Source: Elusimicrobiota bacterium (GTDB lineage Bacteria > Elusimicrobiota > Elusimicrobia > FEN-1173). From it: DNA of 64,000 nucleotides. The translations under genes were made by a program, and so were the position numbers. Position 1 is the stretch's first letter. The number at the start of each line of letters is the position of its first letter. The stretch lies in contig JAYRXX010000063.1 of assembly GCA_041917295.1 (NCBI GenBank), forward strand, positions 21,583 through 85,582. The letters run 5' to 3'. A model generated the notes under the pieces. That model did no database searches. It saw nothing but the letters and a program-made list of their open reading frames with translations, and had not been told where the DNA came from. Shown piece after piece: positions 45,991-58,593 of the stretch.

Positions 45991-47826
45991 CTAATGGCCC
46001 GCTTTTTTTGCGGCGTCTTCGGCCACTTCCGACGCGCCGCCCAACACTTCCCGCACGGTGGTTTGGCCTTCCAAGGCTTTCTGCAATCCGTCCACCAAAA
46101 TAGAACGCATTTTTTGCGTCGATTTATTGGCGGCCGAATCCCGAATGGAATCGGCGGTCATCTCTTTTAACATGCCCGTCCGCACCGTGTCGTCCACGAT
46201 CAGCAGTTCGTGAATACCCAACCGGCCTTTAAATCCACTGCCGTTGCAGGTCCGGCACCCGGTCCCTTGAAAAATCTGCGCGCCCGCCGGCAACGGGAAA
46301 TGATTGGTTTTATACACTTCGACCTCTTCCACGGTCGGCGCATGGGGGGTTTTGCAGTCGGGACACAAGCGGCGGCACAACCGTTGCGCCAACACGCATT
46401 TGAGCGTGCTGGCCACCATGAAGGCCGGAATCCCCATGTCCACCAACCGCGTGACCGTTGACGGAGCGTCGTTGGTGTGGATGGTGGAAAAAACCAAGTG
46501 GCCCGTCATGGCCGCTTCCATGGCGATGTGGGCGGTTTCCTGGTCGCGGATTTCCCCCACCATGATCACGTCGGGATCCAACCGCAAAAAGGACCGCAGG
46601 GCCGTGGCAAAATCGAAACATTTGTCTTCGCCCAACTTCAAATCGGGATTAACCTGGACCTGCACAATTCCGTCCAGGTTGTATTCCACGGGGTTTTCGG
46701 CCGTTAGAATTTTGATGTCGTCGCGATTGATGTGGTTGAGCGACGCATACAACGTGGTGGATTTTCCCGACCCGGTGGGTCCGCACACCAACACGATACC
46801 GAAGTTCTTTTTTCCACCCACGCCGGCCATGAGCCCCAGGTAACGGTCCAACGTCTCTGGAAAAAACCCCAACTTTTTAATGTCCACCTGCACCGCTTTT
46901 CGGTCCAAAATCCGCATGACGACCGATTCGCCATAAACCGTCGGAACAATTTCCACGCGGAATTCGATCGGGTTGCCCTTGGCCATCACCTGGATACGCC
47001 CGGACTGGGGGATTCGCCGTTCTGTGATGTTCATGGAATTCGTCATGATTTTAATTTTGGCGATCACGGCGCTTCGGTAGGTCCAGGGGATTTGGAATCC
47101 GGCTGGCTTTAAAAACCCGTCGACCCGGAAACGCACCAACACTTTCGACGACCGGCCCGCGGGGTCTTCGAACGGCTCGATGTGAATGTCCGACGCTTTT
47201 TGCCCCAGGGCGGACAAGATAATTCCATTGACGATTTTTTCCACTTCCGGGGCCGACGCGTCCACCTCGGTCACGTCGGTTTTTTCCTGCATTTTTTCCA
47301 GCGTGCCGTCCACGTCCGGGATCGCCGCGGCGTCGGTCACGGACTTCAACAGTTCCGCGCCTTTGCCGCTTCCGGAAATGCCGTACACTTTGTCCAATTC
47401 CCGAATAATGTCTTCGGGCATGGCCAAATACCGCTGGACCTCAAGTCCGGTTTTGATGTGGATGTCTTCCGAGACCATGAAATCCCTTGGGTCGGCCATG
47501 GCCAGCAGAAGCACCTGGTCTTCTTTGGCGAACGGAATCACCAAATGTTTGCGGGTGACGTTTTCGGCGAGCAAATGAACCACGTCGGCGTCGATTTCCA
47601 TTTCGGCCAGGTCCACGGCCTTGGTTCGCCATTCGCGGGAGAGGACCTGAAGCACGTCCACTTTATCGGCCCATTTTTTTTCCACGACAATTTGTTGAAT
47701 GGGACGGCCGGTTTTAAGGGATTCTTGCTCGGCCAACACAAGGTTTTCCGGAGACACCAGACGGGCCTCCAGGATCACCTCCTGAGCGGTTTTACGCCCG
47801 GCGCTGGGACGCGGCGCGGTGCTCAT
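45991..47826 (-). CDS. type II secretion / type IV pilus assembly ATPase (GspE/PilB family)
   Basis: N-terminal GSPII_E_N domain, Walker A LVCGPTGSGKSTT, and a tetracysteine motif (CRRLCPDCK...CRTCNGSG). Confidence 0.85.
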   Translation of the reverse strand: MSTAPRPSAGRKTAQEVILEARLVSPENLVLAEQESLKTGRPIQQIVVEKKWADKVDVLQVLSREWRTKAVDLAEMEIDADVVHLLAENVTRKHLVIPFAKEDQVLLLAMADPRDFMVSEDIHIKTGLEVQRYLAMPEDIIRELDKVYGISGSGKGAELLKSVTDAAAIPDVDGTLEKMQEKTDVTEVDASAPEVEKIVNGIILSALGQKASDIHIEPFEDPAGRSSKVLVRFRVDGFLKPAGFQIPWTYRSAVIAKIKIMTNSMNITERRIPQSGRIQVMAKGNPIEFRVEIVPTVYGESVVMRILDRKAVQVDIKKLGFFPETLDRYLGLMAGVGGKKNFGIVLVCGPTGSGKSTTLYASLNHINRDDIKILTAENPVEYNLDGIVQVQVNPDLKLGEDKCFDFATALRSFLRLDPDVIMVGEIRDQETAHIAMEAAMTGHLVFSTIHTNDAPSTVTRLVDMGIPAFMVASTLKCVLAQRLCRRLCPDCKTPHAPTVEEVEVYKTNHFPLPAGAQIFQGTGCRTCNGSGFKGRLGIHELLIVDDTVRTGMLKEMTADSIRDSAANKSTQKMRSILVDGLQKALEGQTTVREVLGGASEVAEDAAKKAGH

Positions 47827-47964
47827 GGGTAAACCCCCGTGATCAACGGACGCAAACCGTTGCCCTGACTATTCCGTTGGGGGGAGCATTTCCGTCCGGG
47901 AGGACTCGCCAATTCTGTCCCCCGCACAAGAAACGGGAGTCCCGTTCCAGCCGGGGAATTCCGG

Positions 47965-48579
47965 TTACATTTTCTGTGGTGTCGGATCGATGGCATCATC
48001 ACGAGTATTTACACCCAAAACGCCATTTTGTCCAGCCCACAAAGAGGTGACGAGCCCAATTCCGCCCGCCAGAGCCCACCACGCCCACGCCATTGTTAAG
48101 CCGCGCCGACGCCGTTGGGTGTCGGTCTGAAGAGAATGACATCGCCTGACCCACACCAGATCTCCGGCGCGCCGTCCGTCCACCCACATCGGCGCCCGAA
48201 ACAGCCAGCTGTCGAGACCCATCCGTTTGTCGTTGATTTTTGATTGAGTTGAAAAGGAAGGGACATCCACCGCCGGACCCGCCCGAAACACCCACTGCCC
48301 ATCCAAATCGATGAGACCGGTGGTCCATGAATCCGATTCCGCCGACAAACGCCGAATCAATCGGTCTTGGGCATCCGGTTGACCAACGTGGTCCGCCAGG
48401 CGATCGGCCCACAGTTCAACGTAACGGCGCCCTTCCCGGCGAAAATCACGTTGCGCGTTGCGCGCCCAAAAGAGATTGACGAACACCAAAACAACCCCCA
48501 CCCACACCAGCGACAACGCATACCCGCCCCCCAACACAATTCGCCACCGCGGGCGCGGGTTACCGTCGAAACGCGACAC
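47965..48579 (-). CDS. hypothetical membrane protein
   Basis: ORF track 47965..48705 overlaps the pyrG 3' end by 118 nt. The GTG at 48579 gives a 204-aa product with an N-terminal TM helix (IVLGGGYALSLVWVGVVLVFVNLF). No recognisable domain. Confidence 0.35.
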   Translation of the reverse strand: MSRFDGNPRPRWRIVLGGGYALSLVWVGVVLVFVNLFWARNAQRDFRREGRRYVELWADRLADHVGQPDAQDRLIRRLSAESDSWTTGLIDLDGQWVFRAGPAVDVPSFSTQSKINDKRMGLDSWLFRAPMWVDGRRAGDLVWVRRCHSLQTDTQRRRRGLTMAWAWWALAGGIGLVTSLWAGQNGVLGVNTRDDAIDPTPQKM

Positions 48580-48587
48580 CCGCGAAA

Positions 48588-50919
<2,332 letters not shown>

Positions 50920-50923
<4 letters not shown>

Positions 50924-51900
50924 GGGCGTTTGCGAAGGGCCGTCGTGAGTTCCGACGGACTGACCGTGGCGGTGCCCAGTTTGCCGACGACCACGCCGGC
51001 GGCGGCGTTGGAAATTCGCGCCGCGTCGGCCAAGGGGATTTTGGCCGCCAAGGCCAAACTGAGCGCGGCGATCACCGTGTCCCCGGCCCCGGTCACGTCG
51101 AACACTTCCTGAGCCTGAGACGGTATATGCATCGGCGGTTGGCCTTCCCGATAGAGGCTCATGCCCCGTTCACTGCGGGTGATCAACACCGAACGGCACC
51201 GAAGCCGCCGCAAAATACGTTGACCCAACTGGTCCACCTCCGCATCGGTTTGGGGCGGCAACGCGCGAACGCCTTCGGTGGCTTCTTTCAGGTTGGGCGT
51301 GATGCAGTCCACCCCGCGGTAACTGAGGAAATGTTCGATTTTGGGGTCCACGGTCACCGGTTTTCCTTGACGGTGGGCCCAGCCCAACACCGTTTTCAAC
51401 AACCGACGGTTCACCATGCCTTTTCCGTAATCGGAAATCACCACAGCCCGGGCGTCTTTCAGTTTTTCGTGGATATTTTCCAACAGGCGATCCACCAAGC
51501 CTTTGGGGAACGGGGACCGATTTTCACGGTCGAACCGAACCACTTGCTGGTGTCCGGCCAACACCCGGGTTTTGAGAATAGTGGGCCGGTTCGGGTCCGC
51601 CACAACGGAAGACACGTCAACGCTTCGATCGCGCAAGGTGCTTAACAGGCGGTCGCCGTCAGGGTCTTCCCCCACCAACGAGACCAGGCTGGGTTTGCCC
51701 CCCAACGCGGCGATGTTGGACGCCACGTTCCCGGCGCCGCCCGGCATGAATTCCTCGTGATGGACGTCCACCACGGGCACCGGGGCCTCCGGAGAGATCC
51801 GGTTCACCGACCCGCGAATGTAACGGTCGACCATCAGGTCCCCGATAATCAACACGGGCAACCCGGCCATGGGCCGTATGCGGGAAACCAAATCGCTCAT
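50920..51900 (-). CDS. hldA: D-glycero-beta-D-manno-heptose-7-phosphate kinase (RfaE domain I only)
   Basis: Ribokinase-like pfkB fold: VLIIGDLMVDRYI...PEAPVPVV, and C-terminal GAGDTVIAAL. No adenylyltransferase domain is fused. Confidence 0.8.
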
Positions 51901-51931
51901 GGGGCGAGACGCAAAACGATTGAATTTAGGA

Positions 51932-52555
51932 CTAGACCGCGGCCGAAACAGCTTTGGTCCGTTGACGATAAACGTGAGCGATGGCGAAATAAGTGATCGG
52001 CAAGGTCACAAACAATCCCAACCCCACCACCAACAAACCCAGCAAATTGATCCCTATGCTGACCAACGAAAAAAGGAACAACCCCCCTTTCGCCCCTGCG
52101 GTCAACGCCTTGCTGGCTTTCAAGGCCTGGATGGGCCCCAAATTATGCTCGATCTGGGTGTAACCATAAAACATGAACATAAGCCCCCAAATCACACCGG
52201 GCACCACCAGCAACAACACCCCGCCCGCGGTGATCAGTCCATAAAGGATCGTGGCCAAAACGTAGAACCAAAAGGGCCCCTGGGGCGTCCACAAATCGGC
52301 GTAACCGGTCTCTTTATCGTCGACAATTTTAATGGAAATACCCAGAGCGTTAAACGTCATGAACCAATTTAACACTTGAAACCCAAGCCCCAAAACAACC
52401 TTCACCGCCACCGCATCGATGGCCTTGTCCAGAAAAAACCGAACCGCCCCAATGGCCAAAAACGTTCCCGCGTAGGCCAAAATCAAGGGATACCGCGACT
52501 TCGTCATCCGCCATCCGGCGGCCAGGGACTCTTTTATTGCAATCGTTTGGGACAC
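51932..52555 (-). CDS. hypothetical polytopic membrane protein
   Basis: 207 aa with ~5 TM helices. AT-rich putative promoter region at 52556-52684. Confidence 0.5.
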   Translation of the reverse strand: MSQTIAIKESLAAGWRMTKSRYPLILAYAGTFLAIGAVRFFLDKAIDAVAVKVVLGLGFQVLNWFMTFNALGISIKIVDDKETGYADLWTPQGPFWFYVLATILYGLITAGGVLLLVVPGVIWGLMFMFYGYTQIEHNLGPIQALKASKALTAGAKGGLFLFSLVSIGINLLGLLVVGLGLFVTLPITYFAIAHVYRQRTKAVSAAV

Positions 52556-52684
52556 AGGAATTCCTCCTTAGTAGGTGCGCGCGTAAAAATTTACTCTCTT
52601 TGGAAACGAAACCAGACCATCCGTCAACCGAGTCGATTATACAAACATTCCAACCCAGGCTGAACATCCAATTTTTAAAAAAAG

Positions 52685-53482
52685 TCACTCCGGCAATGTC
52701 ATCTCCGCGTCAAAAGCCCCCACCATCACTTTGGATCGGAGCAGGACCGGGGTGTGGGGCGGGGCTTCGGTGACCCAGACTTCCAGTTTGCCACTGGCTT
52801 GAAAAATACCGTCGCCGGCCAAAATGGGTTCCAGCCGATAACAGTCGAACCGCCCGGCGGGGACTTTCACGGTTTCTTTGCGAAGCACATGGACCGATAG
52901 CGGCCAGGTCGCCGCCCCGGAATTGGCGTCGAGCGTGAAATTCTTTCCCACCTCCAACGGTTGGGTTCGAATGTAATACAAACTCGATAACACATCCTGC
53001 ACAAAAGGTGGAATGGCTCCCTCGTGGACGGTCTCTTTTCCTTTGCGCCATTTTTTGTACAGGAACCGCCGATTGGGATGATCGTACGTCGTCTCCACCC
53101 GGCGCGTGTAACGCCCTTCCCGAATGTCCTGACGAAATTGGAGGGAACACAGGCTTTCCGCGTCGATCCACGACTCGTTGAGGTCGCGCACCTTAAAAAG
53201 GACGTCCATGGTTTTGTTGGTCCGGGCCTCGGAAATGACCTTGTAGGCCAACCGACCGGACACGGTTTCGGTGGATTTCACTTCCAACGTGGCGAACCCG
53301 GCGTGGATCACGCCGTATTTAATGACGTACAGGATCGATTCGCCAACGGCAAATGGAGGCGGCGGTTCGGTCCGCCATTGAAAAGCGAAAGCAGGCGCGG
53401 TGGACACCGCCGGCTCTTCCCCCCACGCCCCGGCGGCGGTGACCAACAAGAAAAAGACCGCCGCCGGACGAAATCGAATCAC
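52685..53482 (-). CDS. DUF3108-like secreted protein
   Basis: The GTG start overlaps the upstream stop (GTGA). Signal peptide MIRFRPAAVFFLLVTAAGAWG. The ORF track's longer N-terminus (to 54019) runs out of frame through the ICMT gene and is rejected. Confidence 0.45.
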   Translation of the reverse strand: MIRFRPAAVFFLLVTAAGAWGEEPAVSTAPAFAFQWRTEPPPPFAVGESILYVIKYGVIHAGFATLEVKSTETVSGRLAYKVISEARTNKTMDVLFKVRDLNESWIDAESLCSLQFRQDIREGRYTRRVETTYDHPNRRFLYKKWRKGKETVHEGAIPPFVQDVLSSLYYIRTQPLEVGKNFTLDANSGAATWPLSVHVLRKETVKVPAGRFDCYRLEPILAGDGIFQASGKLEVWVTEAPPHTPVLLRSKVMVGAFDAEMTLPE

Positions 53483-54030
53483 AGATCGAATAGTCCCTTC
53501 ACAACCAAGACGGCCACTCCCGCCGCCCACCCGATCGCGGCGTTGTATTCCTTGTTTTTTTGATAACGGGCCCACTGGAATTGGTCGGGGTTTTCCCGTC
53601 GGGCGGGATGGAGGTTCGGCAAAAATCGGTGGTTTTTGGCCACAAAATTTCGCCACGCGTCGCCGAAATAGCCTTCCAACGCCTTTTCTTCGGTTTTGAT
53701 GCGGGACGGATAAATAAACCCGAAAAGGAGGACGAACACCCCCCACAGAATCCACGTTGCCACCGGTACCACGCCGGTGCCCGCCCAACAAAATCCCAAG
53801 GCCATTATGAAACTCCCCGTGTAAAGGGGATGGCGCACCCACGCGTAGGGCCCGTCCTGGGCCAAGCGTTTGCCTTTTTCCAAATAGCCCGCGGCCCATC
53901 CGCGCAACAGCAGGCCGGCCAAGGCAATCAACAGACCCGACACCGCCCGCGGCCAACTCGACACGTGGGCCACGAACAAAAAGACAGCGCCCGCCATAAA
54001 CCCCATAAACACTCGCCACCGTGCAATCAC
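53479..54030 (-). CDS. isoprenylcysteine carboxyl methyltransferase (ICMT/PEMT) family membrane methyltransferase
   Basis: 183 aa, multi-TM, C-terminal motif VRHPLYTGSF...EEKALEGYFGDAWRNF. Confidence 0.7.
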   Translation of the reverse strand: MIARWRVFMGFMAGAVFLFVAHVSSWPRAVSGLLIALAGLLLRGWAAGYLEKGKRLAQDGPYAWVRHPLYTGSFIMALGFCWAGTGVVPVATWILWGVFVLLFGFIYPSRIKTEEKALEGYFGDAWRNFVAKNHRFLPNLHPARRENPDQFQWARYQKNKEYNAAIGWAAGVAVLVVKGLFDL

Positions 54031-54031
54031 G

Positions 54032-54220
54032 TTAAGTCACCTCGTTTGTTGGTGTATGGGACAGCCGCCAAGCCGTTCCCACCAAGAAAAACAGACACAA
54101 CAATATTTCGGAATCGTTAAACCACGATTCCGTCACACCGGCCACCATCAGTCCAAGAAACCCAAATTGACGACCCCGAGAGACCGTCACGGTTTCCATC
54201 GGTTGTGGATCCAAAGCCAT
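54032..54220 (-). CDS. small hypothetical membrane protein (doubtful)
   Basis: 62 aa with one hydrophobic helix. Overlaps the lpxL-like gene start by 34 nt. Confidence 0.2.
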   Translation of the reverse strand: MALDPQPMETVTVSRGRQFGFLGLMVAGVTESWFNDSEILLCLFFLVGTAWRLSHTPTNEVT

Positions 54221-55092
54221 TGGGCGGGACGCTCCTTAATCCAACGCTCCAGCATATCATTCAATTGCCGGGTCACGGCGTCCACCCGTTCGGGTGTGGC
54301 GGGACCCGGTTCGATTTCCAACGGCGGGAAAAATTCCACGGTAATTTGCCCGTTTTCCCGCCAACTGCGCAACGGCACGATCGGGCACCCCATCCGAAGC
54401 GCCAGCAGGGCCGGCATCCCGGTGGTGTGAGCGGGCCGACCGAAAAACGGCACTTGAAGGCCCCCCGCCGTGATGCGCTGGTCGAACAACAACCCCACCA
54501 CGCCGCCCGATCGAAGGTGCCGCACCGATTCGCGCACGGCGTTTTTGTGCATGATCACCTCACATCCCGACCGCGCCCGAAGGGCCGTGATCCAGCCGTT
54601 CACCCAAGGATTTTTCATGCGCCGAGCCACGGCCATAATTGGAACCCCGGTCAACGCCGCGGCCCAAGAAGCGTATTCCCAGTTTCCCAGATGACCGGTG
54701 ACCAAAACCACCCCTTTTCCCCGGGCGTGGGCGGCGCGCAAATGTTCTTCCCCCAGCACGCGGACCTCGTTACGAAATTGGTCTTTGGACAAACATCCCA
54801 GCCGAGCAAACTCGTAGATGCCCGCTCCCAGATCGGACCAGACATCCCGAATGAAATCAGCTCGTTGCCCAGGCGTTTTGTCCGCAAACGCGTTGGCCAC
54901 ATTCTGGTCCGCCACGCGAAACCGTTTGCGCGAAACGAATCCGACCAGGATACCCAAACCCCGCCCGACCGCCAAACCCGCCGGTCGGGGAAACCGCCCC
55001 AACACGCCGTAGAAGGCCCGCACCGCCAGGTATTCTATGAAAAAACGGATTCGATCTCCGACACCCACGTTTCCTCCTCGTTCACATGCCAA
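54187..55092 (-). CDS. lipid A biosynthesis lauroyl/myristoyl acyltransferase (LpxL/LpxM, HtrB/MsbB family)
   Basis: LPLAT fold with H(X)4D-like region ...VVLVTGHLGNWEY.... The N-terminus overlaps the lpxK 3' end by 58 nt, so the true start may be later. Confidence 0.75.
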   Translation of the reverse strand: MACERGGNVGVGDRIRFFIEYLAVRAFYGVLGRFPRPAGLAVGRGLGILVGFVSRKRFRVADQNVANAFADKTPGQRADFIRDVWSDLGAGIYEFARLGCLSKDQFRNEVRVLGEEHLRAAHARGKGVVLVTGHLGNWEYASWAAALTGVPIMAVARRMKNPWVNGWITALRARSGCEVIMHKNAVRESVRHLRSGGVVGLLFDQRITAGGLQVPFFGRPAHTTGMPALLALRMGCPIVPLRSWRENGQITVEFFPPLEIEPGPATPERVDAVTRQLNDMLERWIKERPAQWLWIHNRWKP

Positions 55093-56084
55093 TCCAATCG
55101 CGCCACCCAGGGCGAAAAGCCCGCAGGCAATCGTTCCCGATCTTTTTCGGTCACAATCACGCGGCGATGTTCGCGTTGGGCCCGTTCAAAGGCCCGAGCC
55201 GTTTCCTGTTCGGAAAAAACGTGATGGTCTCGGTATCGGATGGCCGCCACATCCGAGCCGTCCCGCGCCAAAGATTGCTCAAACGAAGCAGGATCCCCCA
55301 ACCCCGATAGGGCCAACCACCGCTGGGGACCCGTCGATTGGGTTCCATCCGGACTTGCCCAGGTCACCCGGCTTTCCACGAACGAAAAGCGAATTCCCCT
55401 TTTTATTAATTGGTTGGCCAACGCCTCCCGTTGGGAAACGGACAATCGTTCGGCCCGGGTTATAAAAATTCCGTGAGCCCGATCCATCCCGCTAAGGGGT
55501 TCCCGCCAAGGTCCCGCCGGCAAAAGGGGAGCGGGCCGGTTATCCACCACTGTTTCGTAGGCCCGGCGACCGTCAAAACAAAGCCAGTCCCGGTCCCGGT
55601 AAATGCGCCGATGTTGAAATCCGTCGTCCATCACCAAGCAGTCCGGCCGAAACTCATCATAGGCCCGCTCGCCGGCCAAGGCCCGGTCCGTACCCACGGC
55701 CAGGGGCACGCCGGTCCGGCGGGCGATCAGGCGGGGTTCATCGCCCATCTGGTCCACCGTTGGGAGCGGTTCTCCCCGGTTGGGAACCAACAACGGGCCC
55801 GTTTCCCGTCGACCATATCCCCGGCTGATCACCGCCGGGCGATGCCCGAGCCGTTGAAGAAGACCCACCAACCACAGAACCCCCGGTGTTTTTCCCGACC
55901 CACCCACCGTGAGGTTTCCCAGACAAAAAACCGGAACAGGAACACGCACGATCTCAATCCATCCCCTGCCATAGGCGGCGGAGCGAACCCGCATGCCGAC
56001 TCCGTAAACCCACGCGGGTCCGCCAAACACCCCGCGCCACAAATAACCCACCAAAGAAGTCGGTTGGGGAAAAGAAAAAGCCAT
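55035..56084 (-). CDS. lpxK: tetraacyldisaccharide 4'-kinase
   Basis: P-loop GNLTVGGSGKTP. Start taken at the ATG at 56084, 4 nt after the upstream stop. The ORF-track extension to 56270 runs into the GT9 gene. Confidence 0.8.
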   Translation of the reverse strand: MAFSFPQPTSLVGYLWRGVFGGPAWVYGVGMRVRSAAYGRGWIEIVRVPVPVFCLGNLTVGGSGKTPGVLWLVGLLQRLGHRPAVISRGYGRRETGPLLVPNRGEPLPTVDQMGDEPRLIARRTGVPLAVGTDRALAGERAYDEFRPDCLVMDDGFQHRRIYRDRDWLCFDGRRAYETVVDNRPAPLLPAGPWREPLSGMDRAHGIFITRAERLSVSQREALANQLIKRGIRFSFVESRVTWASPDGTQSTGPQRWLALSGLGDPASFEQSLARDGSDVAAIRYRDHHVFSEQETARAFERAQREHRRVIVTEKDRERLPAGFSPWVARLDWHVNEEETWVSEIESVFS

Positions 56085-56088
56085 GGTG

Positions 56089-57081
56089 TCAGCGCCCCGC
56101 CAGAGCGGCTTCCACCTCTCGGGCCACCCGATCGGCGGACACCCATTCCATGCACTCGTGCCCGAAGGGGCACCGGTCCCGGTTGCACACCAAACAAGAC
56201 AGGCCTTCCGCCTGGACATAGCGGTGGGGCGGACGGCGGGGGTTCCAGGACCCCGGCGAGGTGGGGCCATAGACGGTCACCGTGGGGGTGCCCACCGCCA
56301 CCGCCAAATGCATAAGCCCGGAATCGTTGGTGATCGCCACCCGGCAACGGGCCAAGGCCGCCGCCGCCCGGTGCAGAGAGGTGGGAGGCAGAACCCAGGC
56401 TTTCCCCGGAAACTCTTTTGCGATCCCTTCCAGATACCCTTTTTCGTCCGGGCCGCCGACCAAAACGGCTTGACGCCCGGGAACCGCCAATACGAGCCGA
56501 AGCAATTCGATAAACCGGTAGGCGGGCCACTGGCGAATTTCGTGTCGGTGTTTCGGCATCACGGCGATGGGTTGGGCGGCCCGATCAATTCCGCACTCAC
56601 GCCACCAGTCGTCCAGCGGCTGAGTTTCGGACGGATCCAACGCCAACCGGGGCAAGGCGAAATCGGGAACCGGCACGCCCAACCGGCGCAAAATTAGAAA
56701 CTTATTTTGGACAGCGTACAGGTCTCCGATCGGGCGGGGCACCCGGTGCGTGTAGACAAGGCTCCAAAAAGGCACCACAAACCCCGCCCGAACCGGCGCG
56801 CCGCTGATCCACGTCAACTGGGCGGTTCGCGGGTTGTTCATAAAGTCCAAAACCCAATCGTAACGGCGCCGACGGATTTCCCGCACCCAAAACCAAAACT
56901 TGGATTTTTCAAACACCAGCCGTTGCGTTAGTCCCGGGTAACGGTCCAACACCGGCGCCATCCCCGGTTCCACCAAAAAATCAATTTGCGCTTCGGGAAA
57001 ATGGCGGCGCAACACGTCGATGACCGGCGTGGTCACGATCACGTCCCCGATCCGCCGCGGTTGAATGATAAGTATTTTCAC
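56089..57081 (-). CDS. glycosyltransferase family 9 (ADP-heptose:LPS heptosyltransferase, WaaC/WaaF-like)
   Basis: MKILIIQPRRIGDVIVTTPVIDVLRRHFP... N-terminus and C-terminal GT9 motifs (LVGGPDE..., SGLMHLAVAVGTPTVTVYGPT). Confidence 0.8.
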   Translation of the reverse strand: MKILIIQPRRIGDVIVTTPVIDVLRRHFPEAQIDFLVEPGMAPVLDRYPGLTQRLVFEKSKFWFWVREIRRRRYDWVLDFMNNPRTAQLTWISGAPVRAGFVVPFWSLVYTHRVPRPIGDLYAVQNKFLILRRLGVPVPDFALPRLALDPSETQPLDDWWRECGIDRAAQPIAVMPKHRHEIRQWPAYRFIELLRLVLAVPGRQAVLVGGPDEKGYLEGIAKEFPGKAWVLPPTSLHRAAAALARCRVAITNDSGLMHLAVAVGTPTVTVYGPTSPGSWNPRRPPHRYVQAEGLSCLVCNRDRCPFGHECMEWVSADRVAREVEAALAGR

Positions 57082-57273
57082 GACAACCGCAACCCGAGCG
57101 AAGGATCCAAAGCAAGAGCGGAATTTAGCAAGGACAAAATGACCTCAATGACCCATTTGAAATATCAACGAATCCGTATTGAGGAGGGCGAAAGGAAAAT
57201 GACGCGCTCTTTGAATTCTTCGATGCGGCGATTTTTGAAAAAGGATTCCACCAGGTCAGCTTCCTCGGAACCC

Positions 57274-57498
57274 CTAAGATTTCCATCGGATATGCGGAAA
57301 CCGAACAGAATTGGTGAAATGGCGATCACGGGAAATCAGAATCCGTTGCTGAGCGGACGCCAGCGCAAAAACATCGTCATCGGGGATGCCTCGGGTGAAT
57401 TCCATATTGGCCACAACCGCCACATCCATTCCGAGCGCCCGAAGACGTTCACCGACGTCCAGACTGACGTTTTCGTCAAGAAGAACGCGGACGTTCAC
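57274..57498 (-). CDS. DUF5615-like (PIN-like) putative toxin, possibly C-terminally truncated
   Basis: MNVRVLLDENVSLDVGERLRALGMDV...ILISRDRHF matches the DUF5615 start. Only 74 aa, with an aberrant tail. Confidence 0.5.
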   Translation of the reverse strand: MNVRVLLDENVSLDVGERLRALGMDVAVVANMEFTRGIPDDDVFALASAQQRILISRDRHFTNSVRFPHIRWKS

Positions 57499-57710
57499 GC
57501 CGCGCGTTCGGATGCCAGGAACGCCGCGTATTCAAGGCACGCTTTGATGTCGAGACTCACCGCGCGGGGAAATTGCCGAAGAATTTCCGCCTCCGTTTCC
57601 CCGGCGGCCAAATGACTGAGGATAACCCGCACTGGAATCCGAGTTCCCCGGATGCACGGTTCCCCGGCGCAAACCGCGGGATCGGAGACGACGCGATCAG
57701 GAACATTCAT
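57495..57710 (-). CDS. DUF433 domain protein (putative antitoxin partner)
   Basis: ...PCIRGTRIPVRVILSHLAAGETEAEILRQFP...IKACLEYAA is the DUF433 signature. 4-nt overlap with the downstream DUF5615 gene. Confidence 0.55.
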   Translation of the reverse strand: MNVPDRVVSDPAVCAGEPCIRGTRIPVRVILSHLAAGETEAEILRQFPRAVSLDIKACLEYAAFLASERAA

Positions 57711-57786
57711 AAACACCCCACCCCTTCCGAAACACACTCAACAGATTACACACAGAAAAATAGTAGCACTTTTTCGAAAATGGAAA

Positions 57787-58593
57787 TCAAAACCGGCTTT
57801 GGCCGCGGGTGAGGTTGAGGTGGAAGTCCCAGCGGGTGTCGTCGCCCCGGACAAAAATGCGTTTGAGGCAAAAGGGGGCCGCCGCCACGTCCGCCAAGCC
57901 CCGATGCACCGAACACGCGGTCTGATAACCCGACTTTTGGATCAGGCGACGAATGTCGCCGTTGTCGGCCCCGTCGCCGTAGGGGTGGGCGAACGACACG
58001 GGGGCCATGCCGATTTTTTCGCCCAAAATCCGACGGCTGTCCACCAACTCATTTTCCACCTCGGACAAGGGCAGGCGTGTCAACCGAGGATGATTGAGCG
58101 TGTGCGACCCAATGTCCCACCCCGCCTTGGCGAGAGCCATCACCTCGTCCCAACTCAGCATGGGCAAACGGGTTTCCGTGGCGGGGTCGTGCCAAAAGTT
58201 GTCCCGGCCCACGGCGTTGACCACGATGTAGAGGGTCGCCGAAAAACCAAACTCGTTGAGGATTGGAAACGCGTTTTCGATATTGTTCCGATACCCGTCG
58301 TCGAAGGTCAACACCACGGCGCGGGCGGGCAAGGGCGGGCCGCCGTTGATGGATTCGGCCACACGCCGCAGGGTCACGGGGGCATAATTGTGTCGTTTTA
58401 AATAGCCCATCTGCCAGCGAAACTCGTCTTTGGACACCCACAGTTTTTTGAGCCGCGACCCCTCCGGCGGCGTCCCCACCTTGTGGTACATCAAAATCGG
58501 CATCCCCGAAGCGCGGGGTCGCCACCAGTTCCACCGGGCCGACACGCCCAGGGCGGCCAAGCCCGCCGCCACGCCGATCCCTTCAGCGAACAT
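57787..58593 (-). CDS. polysaccharide deacetylase family protein (NodB-homology domain)
   Basis: ...ILMYHKV...VLTFDDGYRNN... NodB motifs (TFDDG; HxxxH region further on). Confidence 0.8.
   Translation of the reverse strand: MFAEGIGVAAGLAALGVSARWNWWRPRASGMPILMYHKVGTPPEGSRLKKLWVSKDEFRWQMGYLKRHNYAPVTLRRVAESINGGPPLPARAVVLTFDDGYRNNIENAFPILNEFGFSATLYIVVNAVGRDNFWHDPATETRLPMLSWDEVMALAKAGWDIGSHTLNHPRLTRLPLSEVENELVDSRRILGEKIGMAPVSFAHPYGDGADNGDIRRLIQKSGYQTACSVHRGLADVAAAPFCLKRIFVRGDDTRWDFHLNLTRGQSRF

Noticed and set aside
52685-54019. 444-aa ORF-track protein spanning the DUF3108 gene and ICMT gene
   Set aside because: Its N-terminal 180 aa are the out-of-frame overlap with the well-supported ICMT gene. 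A GTG with a signal peptide begins exactly at the ICMT stop.
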